Source: Laetmonice hystrix
Taxonomy: Eukaryota
Assembly: GCA_965235115.1 (NCBI GenBank)
Contig: OZ249436.1
Coordinates: 4,528,001 to 4,588,000 of the forward strand
Direction: 5' to 3'
Length of the DNA: 60,000 nucleotides
Made by a program: the position numbers and the translations under genes. Positions within the stretch are counted from its first letter, which is position 1, and each line of letters starts with the position of its first letter. Of the stretch, positions 1-13,365 are shown piece by piece. The notes beneath the pieces were generated by a model. That model made no database searches, had not been told where the DNA came from, and saw nothing but the letters and a program-made list of their open reading frames with translations.

Positions 1-115
1 TGGCTGCGTCAGCATTCCTACTAGACGCTCATTGGTTCACAGGCTCACGTGATTGACAGGTAATAGGCCTACACCGCACTTCTCTCTGAGTCTCCATGGA
101 GATGGCAGGATGGGA

Positions 116-403
116 GAGGCCACAACGTTCACACTTGGCCGATATCGGCCGCGATGTGTCCCAATATGACATTGGTGTGATTGGGGATCACATTTGGAAA
201 TATTGGCACGACATCGGGAAGGTAGAAGAGATCGCAGTGACATCAGGGAATTTTTGAACATGTTCAAAAATCTCAGAGTTACTGAGTCGGGGTGACATCG
301 GGTTGACATCGGGGTGACATCGGCGTGACATGGGGGGGGGGGACATCGGCACTATCACATCGGGACGCATCTGTTTGCCATCGGCCATGTGTGAACGGGC
401 CTT
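116..403. mobile_element. PIF/Harbinger-like MITE (degenerate left TIR)
   Basis: CGTTCACACTTGGCCGAT (126-143) is an imperfect inverted match to ATCGGCCATGTGTGAACGGGCC (380-401); GGCCCGTTCACA-type ends recur elsewhere in the window. Confidence 0.6.
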
Positions 404-1613
404 CATTAGAGTTACTCCAAGTCTGATACAGCTGCTCCACCTATATGTGAACGGACCTTCATTCTCATAGAGTTACTCCAAGTCTGATACAGCTGCTCCA
501 CCTATATGTGAACGGACCTTCATTCTCATATAGAGTTACTCCAAGCCTGATACAGCTGCTCCACCTATATGTGAACGGACCTTCATTCTCATAGAGTTAC
601 ACCAAGTCTGACCCAGCTGCTCCACCTATATGTGAACGGACCTTCATTCTCATATAGTTACTCCAAGTCTGATACAGCTGCTCCACCTATATGTGAACGG
701 ACCTTCATTCTCATAGAGTTACTCCAAGTCTGATACAGCTGCTCCACCTATATGTGAACGGACCTTCATTCTCATAGAGAGTTACTCCAAGTCTGATACA
801 GCTGCTCCACCTATATGTGAACGGGCCTTCATTCTCATATAGAGTTACTCCAAGTCTGATACAGCTGCTCCACCTATATGTGAACGGTCCTTCATTCTCA
901 TATAGACTTACTCCAAGTCTGATACAGCTGCTCCACCTATATGTGAACGGACCTTCATTCTCATATAGAGTTACTCCAAGCTTGATACAGCTGCTCCACC
1001 TATATGTGAACGGGCCTTCATTCTCATATAGAGTTACTCCAAGTCTGATACAGCTGCTCCACCTATATGTGAACGGACCTTCATTCTCATATAGAGTTAC
1101 ACCAAGGACACCAAGTCTGATACAGCTGCTCCACCTATATGTGAACGGGCCTTCATTCTCATATAGAGTTACTCCAAGTCTGATACAGCTGCTCCACCTA
1201 TATGTGAACGGGCCTTCATTCTCATATAGAGTTACTCCAAGTCTGATACAGCTGCTCCACCTATATGTGAACGGACCTTCATTCTCATATAGAGTTACTC
1301 CAAGTCTGATACAGCTGCTCCACCTATATGTGAACGGACCTTCATTCTCATATAGGCTTACTCCAAGTCTGATACAGCTGCTCCACCGGCCTATATGTGA
1401 ACGGACCTTCATTCTCATATAGAGTTACTCCAAGTCTGATACAGCTGCTCCACCTATATGTGAACGGACCTTCATTCTCATATAGAGTTACTCCAAGTCT
1501 GATACAGCTGCTCCACCTATATGTGAACGGACCTTCATTCTCATATAGACTTACTCCAAGTCTGATACAGCTGCCCCACCTATATGTGAACGGACCTTCA
1601 GAGTTACTCCAAG
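388..1613. repeat. Minisatellite, ~61-63 bp unit (TATGTGAACGGACCTTCATTCTCATATAGAGTTACTCCAAGTCTGATACAGCTGCTCCACCTA), ~19 copies
   Basis: Direct tandem repeats; explains ORFs 711-1418, 817-1422 and 1397-1789. Confidence 0.97.
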
Positions 1614-2329
1614 TTTTCGGGTTTTTTTTCTCCCTTTATTTTATCTCTTTTCTCTGCTTTCTTCTTCATCATCAACATTTAAGCAATTTTGTCGAAAAGA
1701 AGGCCTCGTCATATTGGTCGCCCTGCCAAATATCTTGCCGTCCCCTTTCATACACAGACTTACGGGCGTATCCAGAAATATCCAGTTAAGGGGGGTTTCC
1801 TAAGTTTAGGTACTTCAGAGATGGCCTTAGGCCATGCTCCTCTGGGAACTTAAATAAAGACATAACAAATGAAATCCCAGAACGTCTTGTTTGGAAATAT
1901 GAAAATTTCCTTTGGTTAAAATAATGCACTTTTTTCACTCCTGTTTTACAAGAATGTGGTGATGCTGAAGGATGGTACGTCCACAGTTTATGCCCGAATC
2001 TTGGTCAATGAATTTGCTGAGTGTCACTCTGTGGCTGGGGTGTAAATTGTGGACTCACCATGCGTGAATGAATATACCTGAGGTTGCTGTGCATCATCAG
2101 TGCCAGGTTGCCATGGTGTTGACACGTTGACACCAGTGAGAACCATCGACAACTGTGTTGTCACAATGACAAACCCTTGACAAAATAACATGAAATTATC
2201 AACACTCGAAACACCCGAAATTCCTGGTCTCTTGCTGTATGTTAATAGAATGTTTGAAGACGGATCTCCAACGCAAATACTCTTTATTCCCAAAGGAATC
2301 ATCTATTCACATGGAGTGTAAAGTGGTTT

Positions 2330-2645
2330 AGGCGACCCCTGGTGGACACGTTATAAGGTTGGCACTGATACAGCTGCTCCACCTGTCGAGAAACCCGTGA
2401 GTTACGAAAGTTACCCGTTGGTCTGAAACTCGATGCGAGTTAGCCTGGTCCCCTGCCTACCAGACGCATCCGCTGGGGACCAGGCTAGACGCGAGTGTGT
2501 CGGTATAAATGCCTCTTACCTCTCTCACCAGGGGGAGTGACGCACCCATCAAAATCCTATTTTAAACCCTGCCCTGACGAAGTGAATAAAAGACGCCATC
2601 TGGTGGCGCCAAGCCCTGATGTCGCCACCAGTCCAAAGATGGCGC
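2330..2645. promoter_or_regulatory. Cluster of CTCF-like motifs plus YY1-like motif (putative)
   Basis: GTCCACCAGGGGTCGC (minus, ~2332-2347), CACCAGGGGGAGT (~2526-2538) and GCCACCAGATGGCGTC (minus, ~2592-2607) resemble the CCASYAGRKGGCR consensus; AAGATGGCG at ~2636. Confidence 0.3.
2441..2487. mobile_element. Tiny Academ-like MITE/hairpin
   Basis: TAGCCTGGTCCCC...GGGGACCAGGCTA perfect 13-bp TIR; a related degenerate element lies at ~55127-55180. Confidence 0.55.
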
Positions 2646-3086
2646 TGCTGTCCAGTAACCTGCATTTGAACCGTTCACAGTCTGCGTTCAGACCTTACGC
2701 GGGATACTGTCTGTGGAGGCCCTATCTCTGAGAGTAGGTTACGTCTTCTCACTGCACTGAGGTTCACCTCGTGGTGGCTTATAAAAACGTGGTGGAAAAC
2801 CGTGGATGCTCATTCATCGTCTCTTGGGCAGAGCTCCCTGGTGAACAAACTATGCAGAGTGTTTCTGTAATAACTTCGCGGAAGTTTACAACTTGCTCCT
2901 CTGGAGTTTTAGGGCCAGCTGTGAAATCTACACAAGGATTCTATACACAATTACTGTACAGTCCTTGATCTAAACTGATTCTTGAAGTGATGAATGGCAT
3001 TAGTAGAGTTCATTAGTAGAACAACCCAAGGATGTTTTACCGGGGACTGTTTTTACTTGGTACAATGTAGCTGATGTATAATAAAC

Positions 3087-3495
3087 TACGGAACCTTGTT
3101 GGGAACATGAAGAGAAAAACATTGTGGTGATCTCGAAATTACCACTTAGTGACGTCATTAACTCGTTATTACGACTTAATGACGTCACTAAGTCGTTATT
3201 ACGAGTTAATCACGATCGTTTCAGGGAAAACATTTTGTGGTGATCTCGAAATTACCACTTAGTGACGTCATTAATTCGTTATTACGACTTAATGACGTCA
3301 CTAAGTGGCAATTTTCGAGTTAATCGCGTTCGTTTCAGAGAAAACAATTTGTGGTGATCTCGAAATTACCACTTAGTGACATCATTAAGTTGTAATAACG
3401 AGTTAATGAAGTCACTAAGTGGTAATTTCGAGATCACCACATTTTTTTTCTCTGAAACGATTTGTTTTTCTTCATGTCCCCAACAGGGCTCCGTA
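3087..3495. mobile_element. IS3EU-like non-autonomous DNA transposon
   Basis: TACGGAACCTTGTTGGGAACATGAAGA / TCTTCATGTCCCCAACAGGGCTCCGTA TIRs; perfect 6-bp TSD ATAAAC; internal ~113-bp tandem repeats. Confidence 0.85.
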
Positions 3496-4042
3496 ATAAA
3501 CAGCCTACTATAATCGGAAATTCCCTCAGAGGTGTTTGGATGGTGAAATGAAGCTATCAGAATCAGGGATAATTTCCATATGAAGAGTACTAGTGTCTCT
3601 TGCATCATGTTTCATTTGATATTTTATTTGTAATTTACCCTGTGAGATAGGCTCCCGGTTAATTTTAATTGACCAGTTATAATATGACCTCGATACAAGG
3701 TACGCCAAAGATCATAGATGTCGTGGATATGTTGTCGTGCGATGAAATCAAAGTGATCTAAGGTGAGGCACCGCTCAGATGGCACGAGTTGGACGAGGTC
3801 AGCTCATAGCAGTTCCGTATACGCCCACAAGGCGAGCCTATAGCTCAGTCGTGATTAAAACATGTTAAAGCATTAACCTTCAAACATACCGACAAATAAT
3901 TGTCCATGCATGTATGAACGAAGTCTGCAAATAATTTAAAATGAATGTCAAGTAGCAGAAAGTTTTAAAATTGACTAAACACACTTATTATGACACAACG
4001 ATGACACTAATCACTCGAGTTTGCGGGCCAAACCGGTATATC

Positions 4043-5352
4043 GGCAGTGAGGTATGCCTACATGTCCGACCCGGCATACAGTGAGGTAGGCCTACATGTC
4101 CGACCCGGCATACAGCAGATATCGATAGGCAGTGAGGTAGGCCTACATGTCCGACCCGGCATACAGCAGATATCGATAGGCAGTGAGGTATAGGCCTACA
4201 TGTCCGACCCGGCATACAGCGAGGTAGGCCTACATGTCCGACCCGGCATACAGCAGATATCGATAGGCAGTGAGGTAGGCCTACATGTCCGACCCGGCAT
4301 ACAGCAGATATCGATAGGCAGTGAGGTATGCCTACATGTCCGACCCGTCATACAGCAGATATCGATAGGCAGTGAGGTACATGTCCGACCCGGCATACAG
4401 CAGATATCGATAGGCAGTGAGGTAGGCCTACATGTCCGACCCGGCATACAGCAGATATCGATAGGCAGTGAGGTATGCCTACATGTCCGACCCGGCATAC
4501 AGCAGATATCGATAGGCAGTGAGGTACATGTCCGACCCGGCATACAGCAGATATCGATAGGCAGTGAGGTATGCCTACATGTCCGACCCGGCATACAGCA
4601 GATATCGATAGGCAGTGAGGTATGCCTACATGTCCGACCCGGCATACAGCAGATATCGATAGGCAGTGAGGTAGGCCTACATGTCCGACCCGGCATACAG
4701 CGAGGTAGGCCTACATGTCCGACCCGGCATACAGCAGATATCGATAGGCAGTGAGGTAGGCCTACATGTCCGACCCGGCATACAGCAGATATCGATAGGC
4801 AGTGAGGTAGGCCTACATGTCTGACCCGGCATACAGCAGATATCGATAGGCAGTGAGGTAGGCCTACATGTCCGACCCGGCATACAGCAGATATCGATAG
4901 GCAGTGAGGTAGGCCTACATGTCCGACCTGGCATACAGCAGATATCGATAGGCAGTGAGGTACATGTCCGACCCGGCATACAGCAGATATCGATAGGCAG
5001 TGAGGTACATGTCCGACCCGGCATACAGCAGATATCGATAGGCAGTGAGGTACATGTCCGACCCGGCATACAGCAGATATCGATAGGCAGTGAGGTAGGC
5101 CTACATGTCCGACCCGGCATACAGCAGATATCGATAGGCAGTGAGGTACATGTCCAACCCGGCATACAGCAGATATCGATAGGCAGTGAGGTAGGCCTAC
5201 ATGTCCGACCCGGCATACAGCAGATATCGATAGGCAGTGAGGTAGGCCTACATGTCCGACCCGGCATACAGCAGATATCGATAGGCAGTGAGGTAGGCCT
5301 ACATGTCCGACCCGGCATACAGCAGATATCGATAGGCAGTGAGGTAGGCCTA
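4043..5352. repeat. Minisatellite, 51-bp unit (GCAGTGAGGTAGGCCTACATGTCCGACCCGGCATACAGCAGATATCGATAG) with 45-bp and 33-bp deletion variants, ~27 copies
   Basis: Direct tandem repeats; explains ORFs between 3988 and 5318. Confidence 0.97.
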
Positions 5353-5934
5353 TAGATACGGGCTCCGTCGATGGGTATCTAGCGAGGGTTTCAATTGTAG
5401 TTGAGTCCGTGCACTGACAACATAGGGGTTCCCCCCGAACTATAACCTTCTAGATGATGTTGACCTTACGGTACATCGCTGACGGCCAATCCTTCACAAC
5501 AGTAAGAGGTGAAGGTCACAGGTGGAGCAATGTCACGTCTGATGTCCTTAGGAGCGCCATCTGTCGGCAGAATCTACTTTACCACGTGTTCGGGATTGAC
5601 TTGTAAGTTTCCCCTACTTGTTAAGATTCGGCTAACTTTCTCAACCATTCGACGTTTAACCTTTTCCAAGGGTCAATGTGTACCACCTTCAAAGTTTATT
5701 GACGTAAAGAGAAACGCTGTAACCTGATTTATTATAAAAGTAGAACGCACCATAAATGTAAGGCTTCATCTGATTAATAATTAATTAATAGTTAATCGTT
5801 TGGTAGAAAGATTTCGTGCCGATTTATTATGGATGGTATTTCGCGATGATATTACAGCGACGTACTGTAAAGATAAAAGTACTATTTTACACTTTCCGTG
5901 CTGACACGATAATGATCAAGGGGTAATAAAACGG

Positions 5935-6095
5935 AATACGATCAGGCTCTGCGCAAGCGCGACCCCAAACCGGATGTTCGAGCCTCTTCACGTGTCAGTC
6001 ATCAATATAAATTTATATCACGTGACCTAACTTCCGCTGTATGCGTATTTCATCAGTGACGCAGGCGCAAGTACCAACCACATGGACCAATGATC
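5935..6095. promoter_or_regulatory. Promoter/enhancer-like motif cluster (putative)
   Basis: TGCGCAAGCGC (NRF1-like), CCGGATGT and ACTTCCGC (ETS-like), two CACGTG E-boxes incl. ATCACGTGAC, TGACGCA (CRE half-site) and CCAAT within 160 bp. Confidence 0.3.
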
Positions 6096-6449
6096 TTTGT
6101 CCTCCTGCCAAACCTTGGCGTCAACACATCTACTAGACAAACGAACATGTAGGAGGACTTTCTTAAAGGTCACGTTTTTTACGTCGATGTAGGAAGCAGT
6201 GTGTTTGATTCACAATTCAATCAGATTATGACTTGCTGCATTCACGTATTTGTTAAATGTACTTTTTAACTTTTATCTTTGCATGTCGGAGGGAAGAACA
6301 ATCTCCGTGTCACGCGAGGGAAGATAATCGTATTACAAAACCAGTCGGTACACGAACAGTGTAAAATACTATAATCGTATGACATAGAGAGACAGCTGTC
6401 TCGCAAACAGAGAACGGGAGGATACGCTGATCTTTTAAATTAATATCGT

Positions 6450-6960
6450 ACTACCGACGGCTCACTGCTGCTACAGCTGACGGCTTACTGCTGCTACAGC
6501 TGACGGCTAACTGCTGCTACAGCTGACGGCTCACTGCTGCTACAGCTGACGGCTCACTGCTGCTACAGCTGACGGCTCACTGCTGCTACAGCTGACTACT
6601 GACTCCTGCAACTACCGACGGCTCACTGCTGCTACAGCTGACGGCTCACTGCTGCTACAGCTGACGGCTCACTGCTGCTACAGCTGACTACTGACTCCTG
6701 CAACTAGGCCTACCGGCGGCTAACTGCTCACTGCTGTCACAGTTAACTACTGACTATAGTGCAACTACTGACGGCTAACTGCTACTGCCCACTGCTGCTA
6801 CAGCTGACTACTGACTCCTGCAACTAGGCCTACCGGCGGCTAACTGCTCACTGCTCTCACAGTTAACTACTGACTATAGTGCAACTACTGACGGCTAACT
6901 GCTACTGCTCACTGCGTTTACAGCTGATATTGACTGCTGCAACTACCGACGGCTAACGAC
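6450..6960. repeat. Minisatellite, 23-bp unit (GACGGCTCACTGCTGCTACAGCT) grading into a 120-bp higher-order duplication
   Basis: Tandem repeats; ~6670-6790 repeated at ~6790-6910. Confidence 0.9.
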
Positions 6961-7164
6961 TGTTTCAATGCTATATCCTCGGGAAATCATTATGAACTGG
7001 TATTTGTATCCAAGATGTCTGATCTGCAAGTCGGAAAACGACAGGTAGTTTTATAATTAATTAAGTTTCTAGCGGCATAGTTTCTTTTGTTGAACCATCT
7101 ACATACAATTAGGAGCATATGGAACTGGGAGCGTTTTCTATCAAATCGAAAAAGAAAAAGAAAT

Positions 7165-7604
7165 CATCTGATCTTCCTGCTGAAACAGGCGCCACTGGCG
7201 ACCATCTGCTCTTCCTGCTGAAACAGGCGCCACTGGCGACCATCTGCTCTTTCTGCTGGAACAGGCGCCACTGGCGACCATCTGCTCTTCCTGCTGAAAC
7301 AGGCGCCACTGGCGACCATCTGCTCTTCCTGCTGAAACAGGCGCCACTGGCGACCATCTGCTCTTCCTGCTGAAACAGGCGCCACTGGCGACCATCTGCT
7401 CTTCCTGCTGAAACAGGCGCCACTGGCGACCATCTGCTCTTTCTGCTGAAACAGGCGCCACTGGCGACCATCTGCTCTTCCTGCTGAAACAGGCGCCACT
7501 GGCGACCATCTGCTCTTCCTGCTGAAACAGGCGCCACTGGCGACCATCTGCTCTTCCTGCTGAAACAGGCGCCACTGGCGACCATCTGCTCTTCCTGCTG
7601 AAAC
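7165..7604. repeat. Minisatellite, 38-bp unit (CTGCTGAAACAGGCGCCACTGGCGACCATCTGCTCTTC), ~11.5 copies
   Basis: Direct tandem repeats; explains ORFs between 7109 and 7614. Confidence 0.97.
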
Positions 7605-7689
7605 CATAGACCACCTCTATCTCTCTACAATGTAGTGGTCATTAACGCCTCAAACTGTCTGACAATCCTCTTATATTAAGGATTACTCC

Positions 7690-8453
7690 TCTATACGGGA
7701 GGCCACCCGAAACAGCCGGCAGGCTTCGGAACAAGCCCCCTATGTGAACGCGGCCTAAAGGCCCGGCCGCACAGAGCCGACTACCCCCAACCCGATGGTC
7801 GGAGGCCCGGGGGGTCCAAATCGGCCAACTACTCAGTCAGTCGGATATACGCCCAACCATGCCACACTGAATGCGATCCGAAAGTCGGGAGTGGGATGCC
7901 ACACTAGCGACACCACTCGTGACCAGTATATACTATTGTAACTATTCATTCCCCTAGCGGTAGTTCCCACTCCGCCATGTTGTTTGTGTTGTCCCGCTGG
8001 CAGGGTATCTTGGGAGTAGAACTAAATACGTCACAGACGTAACAGACTTATTGGACACACATGGTAATTTAATCCAGAGGGGAGTGTGAGGGTGGTTGGC
8101 GGCTTCTACTTTTAGAGAAATACAATATAAATAAAAATAAGGTGTTCGGTGAAAGTGTAAGGTGTAAGGTGTAAGGATTGGATCAAACGTTCATATGGCG
8201 ACTCATTTACTTACCAGGGAGTTTCAGCGATAACCATGCGCGTAATGCCCCCTGGCGGCTGCTCTCGGCAAATCGAGCGTTCACATTACAGCTACCCGAG
8301 GTAAGAGGTCTGCCAGCAGAGCTATTCCTTCCCTCCACACGAGATATCTCGGCAGCTTACCGCGGGTACCTGGGTTACGCGCGTTCACACCTGGCGCGCT
8401 CCCGCCATAGCGGGTATTTGCCGGCAGGTTTCCCTAATGTGAACGCGACCTTA
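7690..8453. mobile_element. Fragments of Harbinger-like MITEs
   Basis: Right-end motifs TGTGAACGCGGCC-TAA (~7743-7758) and TGTGAACGCGACC-TTA (~8438-8453); left-end motif GGCCCGGCCGCACAG at ~7760; internal CGTTCACA copies. Confidence 0.45.
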
Positions 8454-8697
8454 GCCAAAGCAAGTTACAAAGTTAACATATTAGTTATACTCAGCTGAAA
8501 CTAAACCATTAAATTATCAAACGACCAAACAACGAAGACAAACCATATCAGTGTTTCAAACATTGACATAATCTACCGTCAACCTATGAAAATGCTACAC
8601 CCAAAAACAATGAAAGAATAAATATATAACAAGTGTAGGTACACGATGCAAGTATCATACAGGGGCCAACCCTTAACTCTCGCAACATCCACATCCA

Positions 8698-11600
8698 GAA
8701 TGACTTAGATCTGGATTACCGCCACAATAAGGATTATTCTATAGATGGAATGATCACTTGGGTCGGGATTACCGCCACAATAAGGATTATTCTATAGATG
8801 GAATGATCACTTGGAGCTGGATTACCGCCACAATAAGGATTATTCTATAGATGGAATGACTTGGAGCTGGATTACCGCCACAATAAGGATTATTCTATAG
8901 ATGGAATGATCACTTGGAGCTGGATTACCGCCACAATAAGGATTATTCTATAGATGGAATGACTTGAAGCTGGATTACCGCCACAATAAGGATTATTCTA
9001 TAGATGGAATGATCACTTGGAGCTGGATTACCGCCACAATAAGGATTATTCTATAGATGGAATGACTTGGAGCTGGATTACCGCCACAATAAGGATTATT
9101 CTATAGATGGAATGATCACTTGGAGCTGGATTACCGCCACAATAAGGATTATTCTATAGATGGAATGACTTGGAGCTGGATTACCGCCACAATAAGGATT
9201 ATTCTATAGATGGAATGACTTGGAGCTGGATTACCGCCACAATAAGGATTATTCTATAGATGGAATGACTAGGGTCTGGATTACCGCCACAATAAGGATT
9301 ATTCTATAGATGGAATGACTTGAAGCTGGATTACCGCCACAATAAGGATTATTCTATAGATGGAATGACTAGGGTCTGGATTACCGCCACAATAAGGATT
9401 ATTCTATAGATGGAATGACTAGGGTCTGGATTACCGCCACAATAAGGATTATTCTATAGATGGAATGACTTGGAGCTGGATTACCGCCACAATAAGGATT
9501 ATTCTATAGATGGAATGACTTGGAGCTGGATTACCGCCACAATAAGGATTATTCTATAGATGGAATGACTAGGGTCTGGATTACCGCCACAATAAGGATT
9601 ATTCTATAGATGGAATGACTTGAAGCTGGATTACCGCCACAATAAGGATTATTCCATAGATGGAATGATCACTTGGAGCTGGATTACCGCCACAATAAGG
9701 ATTATTCTATAGATGGAATGATCACTTGGAGCTGGATTACCGCCACAATAAGGATTATTCTATAGATGGAATGACTAGGGTCTGGATTACCGCCACAATA
9801 AGGATTATTCTATAGATGGAATGACTTGGAGCTGGATTACCGCCACAATAAGGATTATTCTATAGATGGAATGACTTGGAGCTGGATTACCGCCACAATA
9901 AGGATTATTCTATAGATGGAATGACTTGGAGCTGGATTACCGCCACAATAAGGATTATTCTATAGATGGAATGACTTGGAGCTGGATTACCGCCACAATA
10001 AGGATTATTCTATAGATGGAATGACTTGGAGCTGGATTACCGCCACAATAAGGATTATTCTATAGATGGAATGATCACTTGGAGCTGGATTACCGCCACA
10101 ATAAGGATTATTCTATAGATGGAATGACTTGAAGCTGGATTACCGCCACAATAAGGATTATTCTATAGATGGAATGATCACTTGGAGCTGGATTACCGCC
10201 ACAATAAGGATTATTCTATAGATGGAATGATCACTTGGAGCTGGATTACCGCCACAATAAGGATTATTCTATAGATGGAATGACTTGGAGCTGGATTACC
10301 GCCACAATAAGGATTATTCCATAGATGGAATGATCACTTGGAGCTGGATTACCGCCACAATAAGGATTATTCTATAGATGGAATGACTTGGGTCTGGATT
10401 ACCGCCACAATAAGGATTATTCTATAGATGGAATGATCACTTGGAGCTGGATTACCGCCACAATAAGGATTATTCTATAGATGGAATGACTAGGGTCTGG
10501 ATTACCGCCACAATAAGGATTATTCTATAGATGGAATGACTTGGGTCTGGATTACCGCCACAATAAGGATTATTCTATAGATGGAATGATCACTTGGAGC
10601 TGGATTACCGCCACAATAAGGATTATTCTATAGATGGAATGACTAGGGTCTGGATTACCGCCACAATAAGGATTATTCTATAGATGGAATGATCACTTGG
10701 AGCTGGATTACCGCCACAATAAGGATTATTCTATAGATGGAATGATCACTTGGAGCTGGATTACCGCCACAATAAGGATTATTCTATAGATGGAATGACT
10801 AGGGTCTGGATTACCGCCACAATAAGGATTATTCTATAGATGGAATGACTTGGGTCTGGATTACCGCCACAATAAGGATTATTCTATAGATGGAATGATC
10901 ACTTGGAGCTGGATTACCGCCACAATAAGGATTATTCTATAGATGGAATCCCTTGGAGCTGGATTACCGCCACAATAAGGATTATTCTATAGATGGAATG
11001 ATCACTTGGAGCTGGATTACCGCCACAATAAGGATTATTCTATAGATGGAATGATCACTTGGAGCTGGATTACCGCCACAATAAGGATTATTCTATAGAT
11101 GGAATGATCACTTGGAGCTGGATTACCGCCACAATAAGGATTATTCTATAGATGGAATGATCACTTGGAGCTGGATTACCGCCACAATAAGGATTATTCT
11201 ATAGATGGAATGACTAGGGTCTGGATTACCGCCACAATAAGGATTATTCTATAGATGGAATGACTTGGAGCTGGATTACCGCCACAATAAGGATTATTCT
11301 ATAGATGGAATGACTTGGAGCTGGATTACCGCCACAATAAGGATTATTCTATAGATGGAATGACTTGGAGCTGGATTACCGCCACAATAAGGATTATTCT
11401 ATAGATGGAATGACTAGGGTCTGGATTACCGCCACAATAAGGATTATTCTATAGATGGAATGACTTGAAGCTGGATTACCGCCACAATAAGGATTATTCT
11501 ATAGATGGAATGACTTGAAGCTGGATTACCGCCACAATAAGGATTATTCTATAGATGGAATGACTTGAAGCTGGATTACCGCCACAATAAGGATTATTCT

Positions 11601-12882
11601 ATAGATGGAATGACTAGGGTCTGGATTACCGCCACAATAAGGATTATTCTATAGATGGAATGACTTGAAGCTGGATTACCGCCACAATAAGGATTATTCT
11701 ATAGATGGAATGACTTGAAGCTGGATTACCGCCACATTAAGGATTATTCTATAGATGGAATGACTTGGAGCTGGATTACCGCCACAAATAGGATTATTCC
11801 ATAGATGGAATGACTTGGAGCTGGATTACCGCCACATTAAGGATTATTCTATAGATGGAATGACTTGGAGCTGGATTACCGCCACAAATAGGATTATTCC
11901 ATAGATGGAATGACTTGGAGCTGGATTACCGCCACAATAAGGATTATTCTATAGATGGAATGACTTGGAGCTGGATTACCGCCACAATAAGGATTATTCT
12001 ATAGATGGAATGACTTGGAGCTGGATTACCGCCACAATAAGGATTATTCTATAGATGGAATGACTTGGAGCTGGATTACCGCCACAATAAGGATTATTCT
12101 ATAGATGGAATGACTTGAAGCTGGATTACCGCCACAATAAGGATTATTCTATAGATGGAATGACTTGAAGCTGGATTACCGCCACAATAAGGATTATTCT
12201 ATAGATGGAATGACTTGGAGCTGGATTACCGCCACAATAAGGATTATTCTATAGATGGAATGACTTGGAGCTGGATTACCGCCACAATAAGGATTATTCT
12301 ATAGATGGAATGACTAGGGTCTGGATTACCGCCACAATAAGGATTATTCTATAGATGGAATGACTTGGGTCTGGATTACCGCCACAATAAGGATTATTCT
12401 ATAGATGGAATGATCACTTGGAGCTGGATTACCGCCACAATAAGGATTATTCTATAGATGGAATGACTTGGGTCTGGATTACCGCCACAATAAGGATTAT
12501 TCTATAGATGGAATGACTTGAAGCTGGATTACCGCCACAATAAGGATTATTCTATAGATGGAATGATCACTTGGAGCTGGATTACCGCCACAATAAGGAT
12601 TATTCTATAGATGGAATGACTTGGAGCTGGATTACCGCCACAATAAGGATGATTCTATAGATGGAATGACTTGAAGCTGGATTACCGCCACAATAAGGAT
12701 TATTCTATAGATGGAATGACTTGAAGCTGGATTACCGCCACAATAAGGATTATTCTATAGATGAAATGATCACTTGGAGCTGGATTACCGCCACAATAAG
12801 GATTATTCTATAGATGGAATGATCACTTGGAGCTGGATTACCGCCACAATAAGGATTATTCTATAGATAGAATCCCTTGGAG
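8698..12882. repeat. Large minisatellite, 50/53-bp unit (CTGGATTACCGCCACAATAAGGATTATTCTATAGATGGAATGA + CTTGGAG/TCACTTGGAG/CTAGGGT/CTTGAAG/CTTGGGT), ~80 copies
   Basis: 4.2-kb tandem array with near-invariant 43-bp core and interspersed short variants. Confidence 0.98.
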
Positions 12883-13365
12883 CAGACGTGGGTGTCGATT
12901 CCACAGCTTGTTTGCTTGCCGGGCAAAGAGAACCTGTGAATGACGATTGATGTTTCGAAAGGCGGTGCCGACCCAGGAGCGTCTGGGCAATACGGGCATG
13001 GTAAAGACATTAGTGATGACATGAATCAAAGCCTGGGAGATAATGAGGCATGTGATGTGGCTAACGTCGGACTGGAAGGTGAGGTATAAAGGCGAGCGTG
13101 TGACACCGTCCGAGCGAGGCGACAAGATGGGAAGCTTTTAAAGGGGACATTATGGAAGGCCTGCGGGCCACCTCACGTGTCCTACAGGTCATATCCAATT
13201 GTTAAGTCGGCCAGCCGCCGGCCAGCCATATTCTGTTGGTTGTCTCGTTGGGTGGTTCCATTAAACTGAATGAAAACATATCTCAGGTATCTCAAATGTG
13301 AGCACGTACAGTAAAACCTCCGTATAGTGAACACTTTGGGGATTGAGAGAAAATGCTCACCATAT

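Noticed and set aside
8698..12882. CRISPR-like appearance (constant repeat plus variable insert)
   Set aside because: Variable parts are only 7-10 bp, drawn from ~6 related alleles; no unique spacers, no cas genes, eukaryotic context
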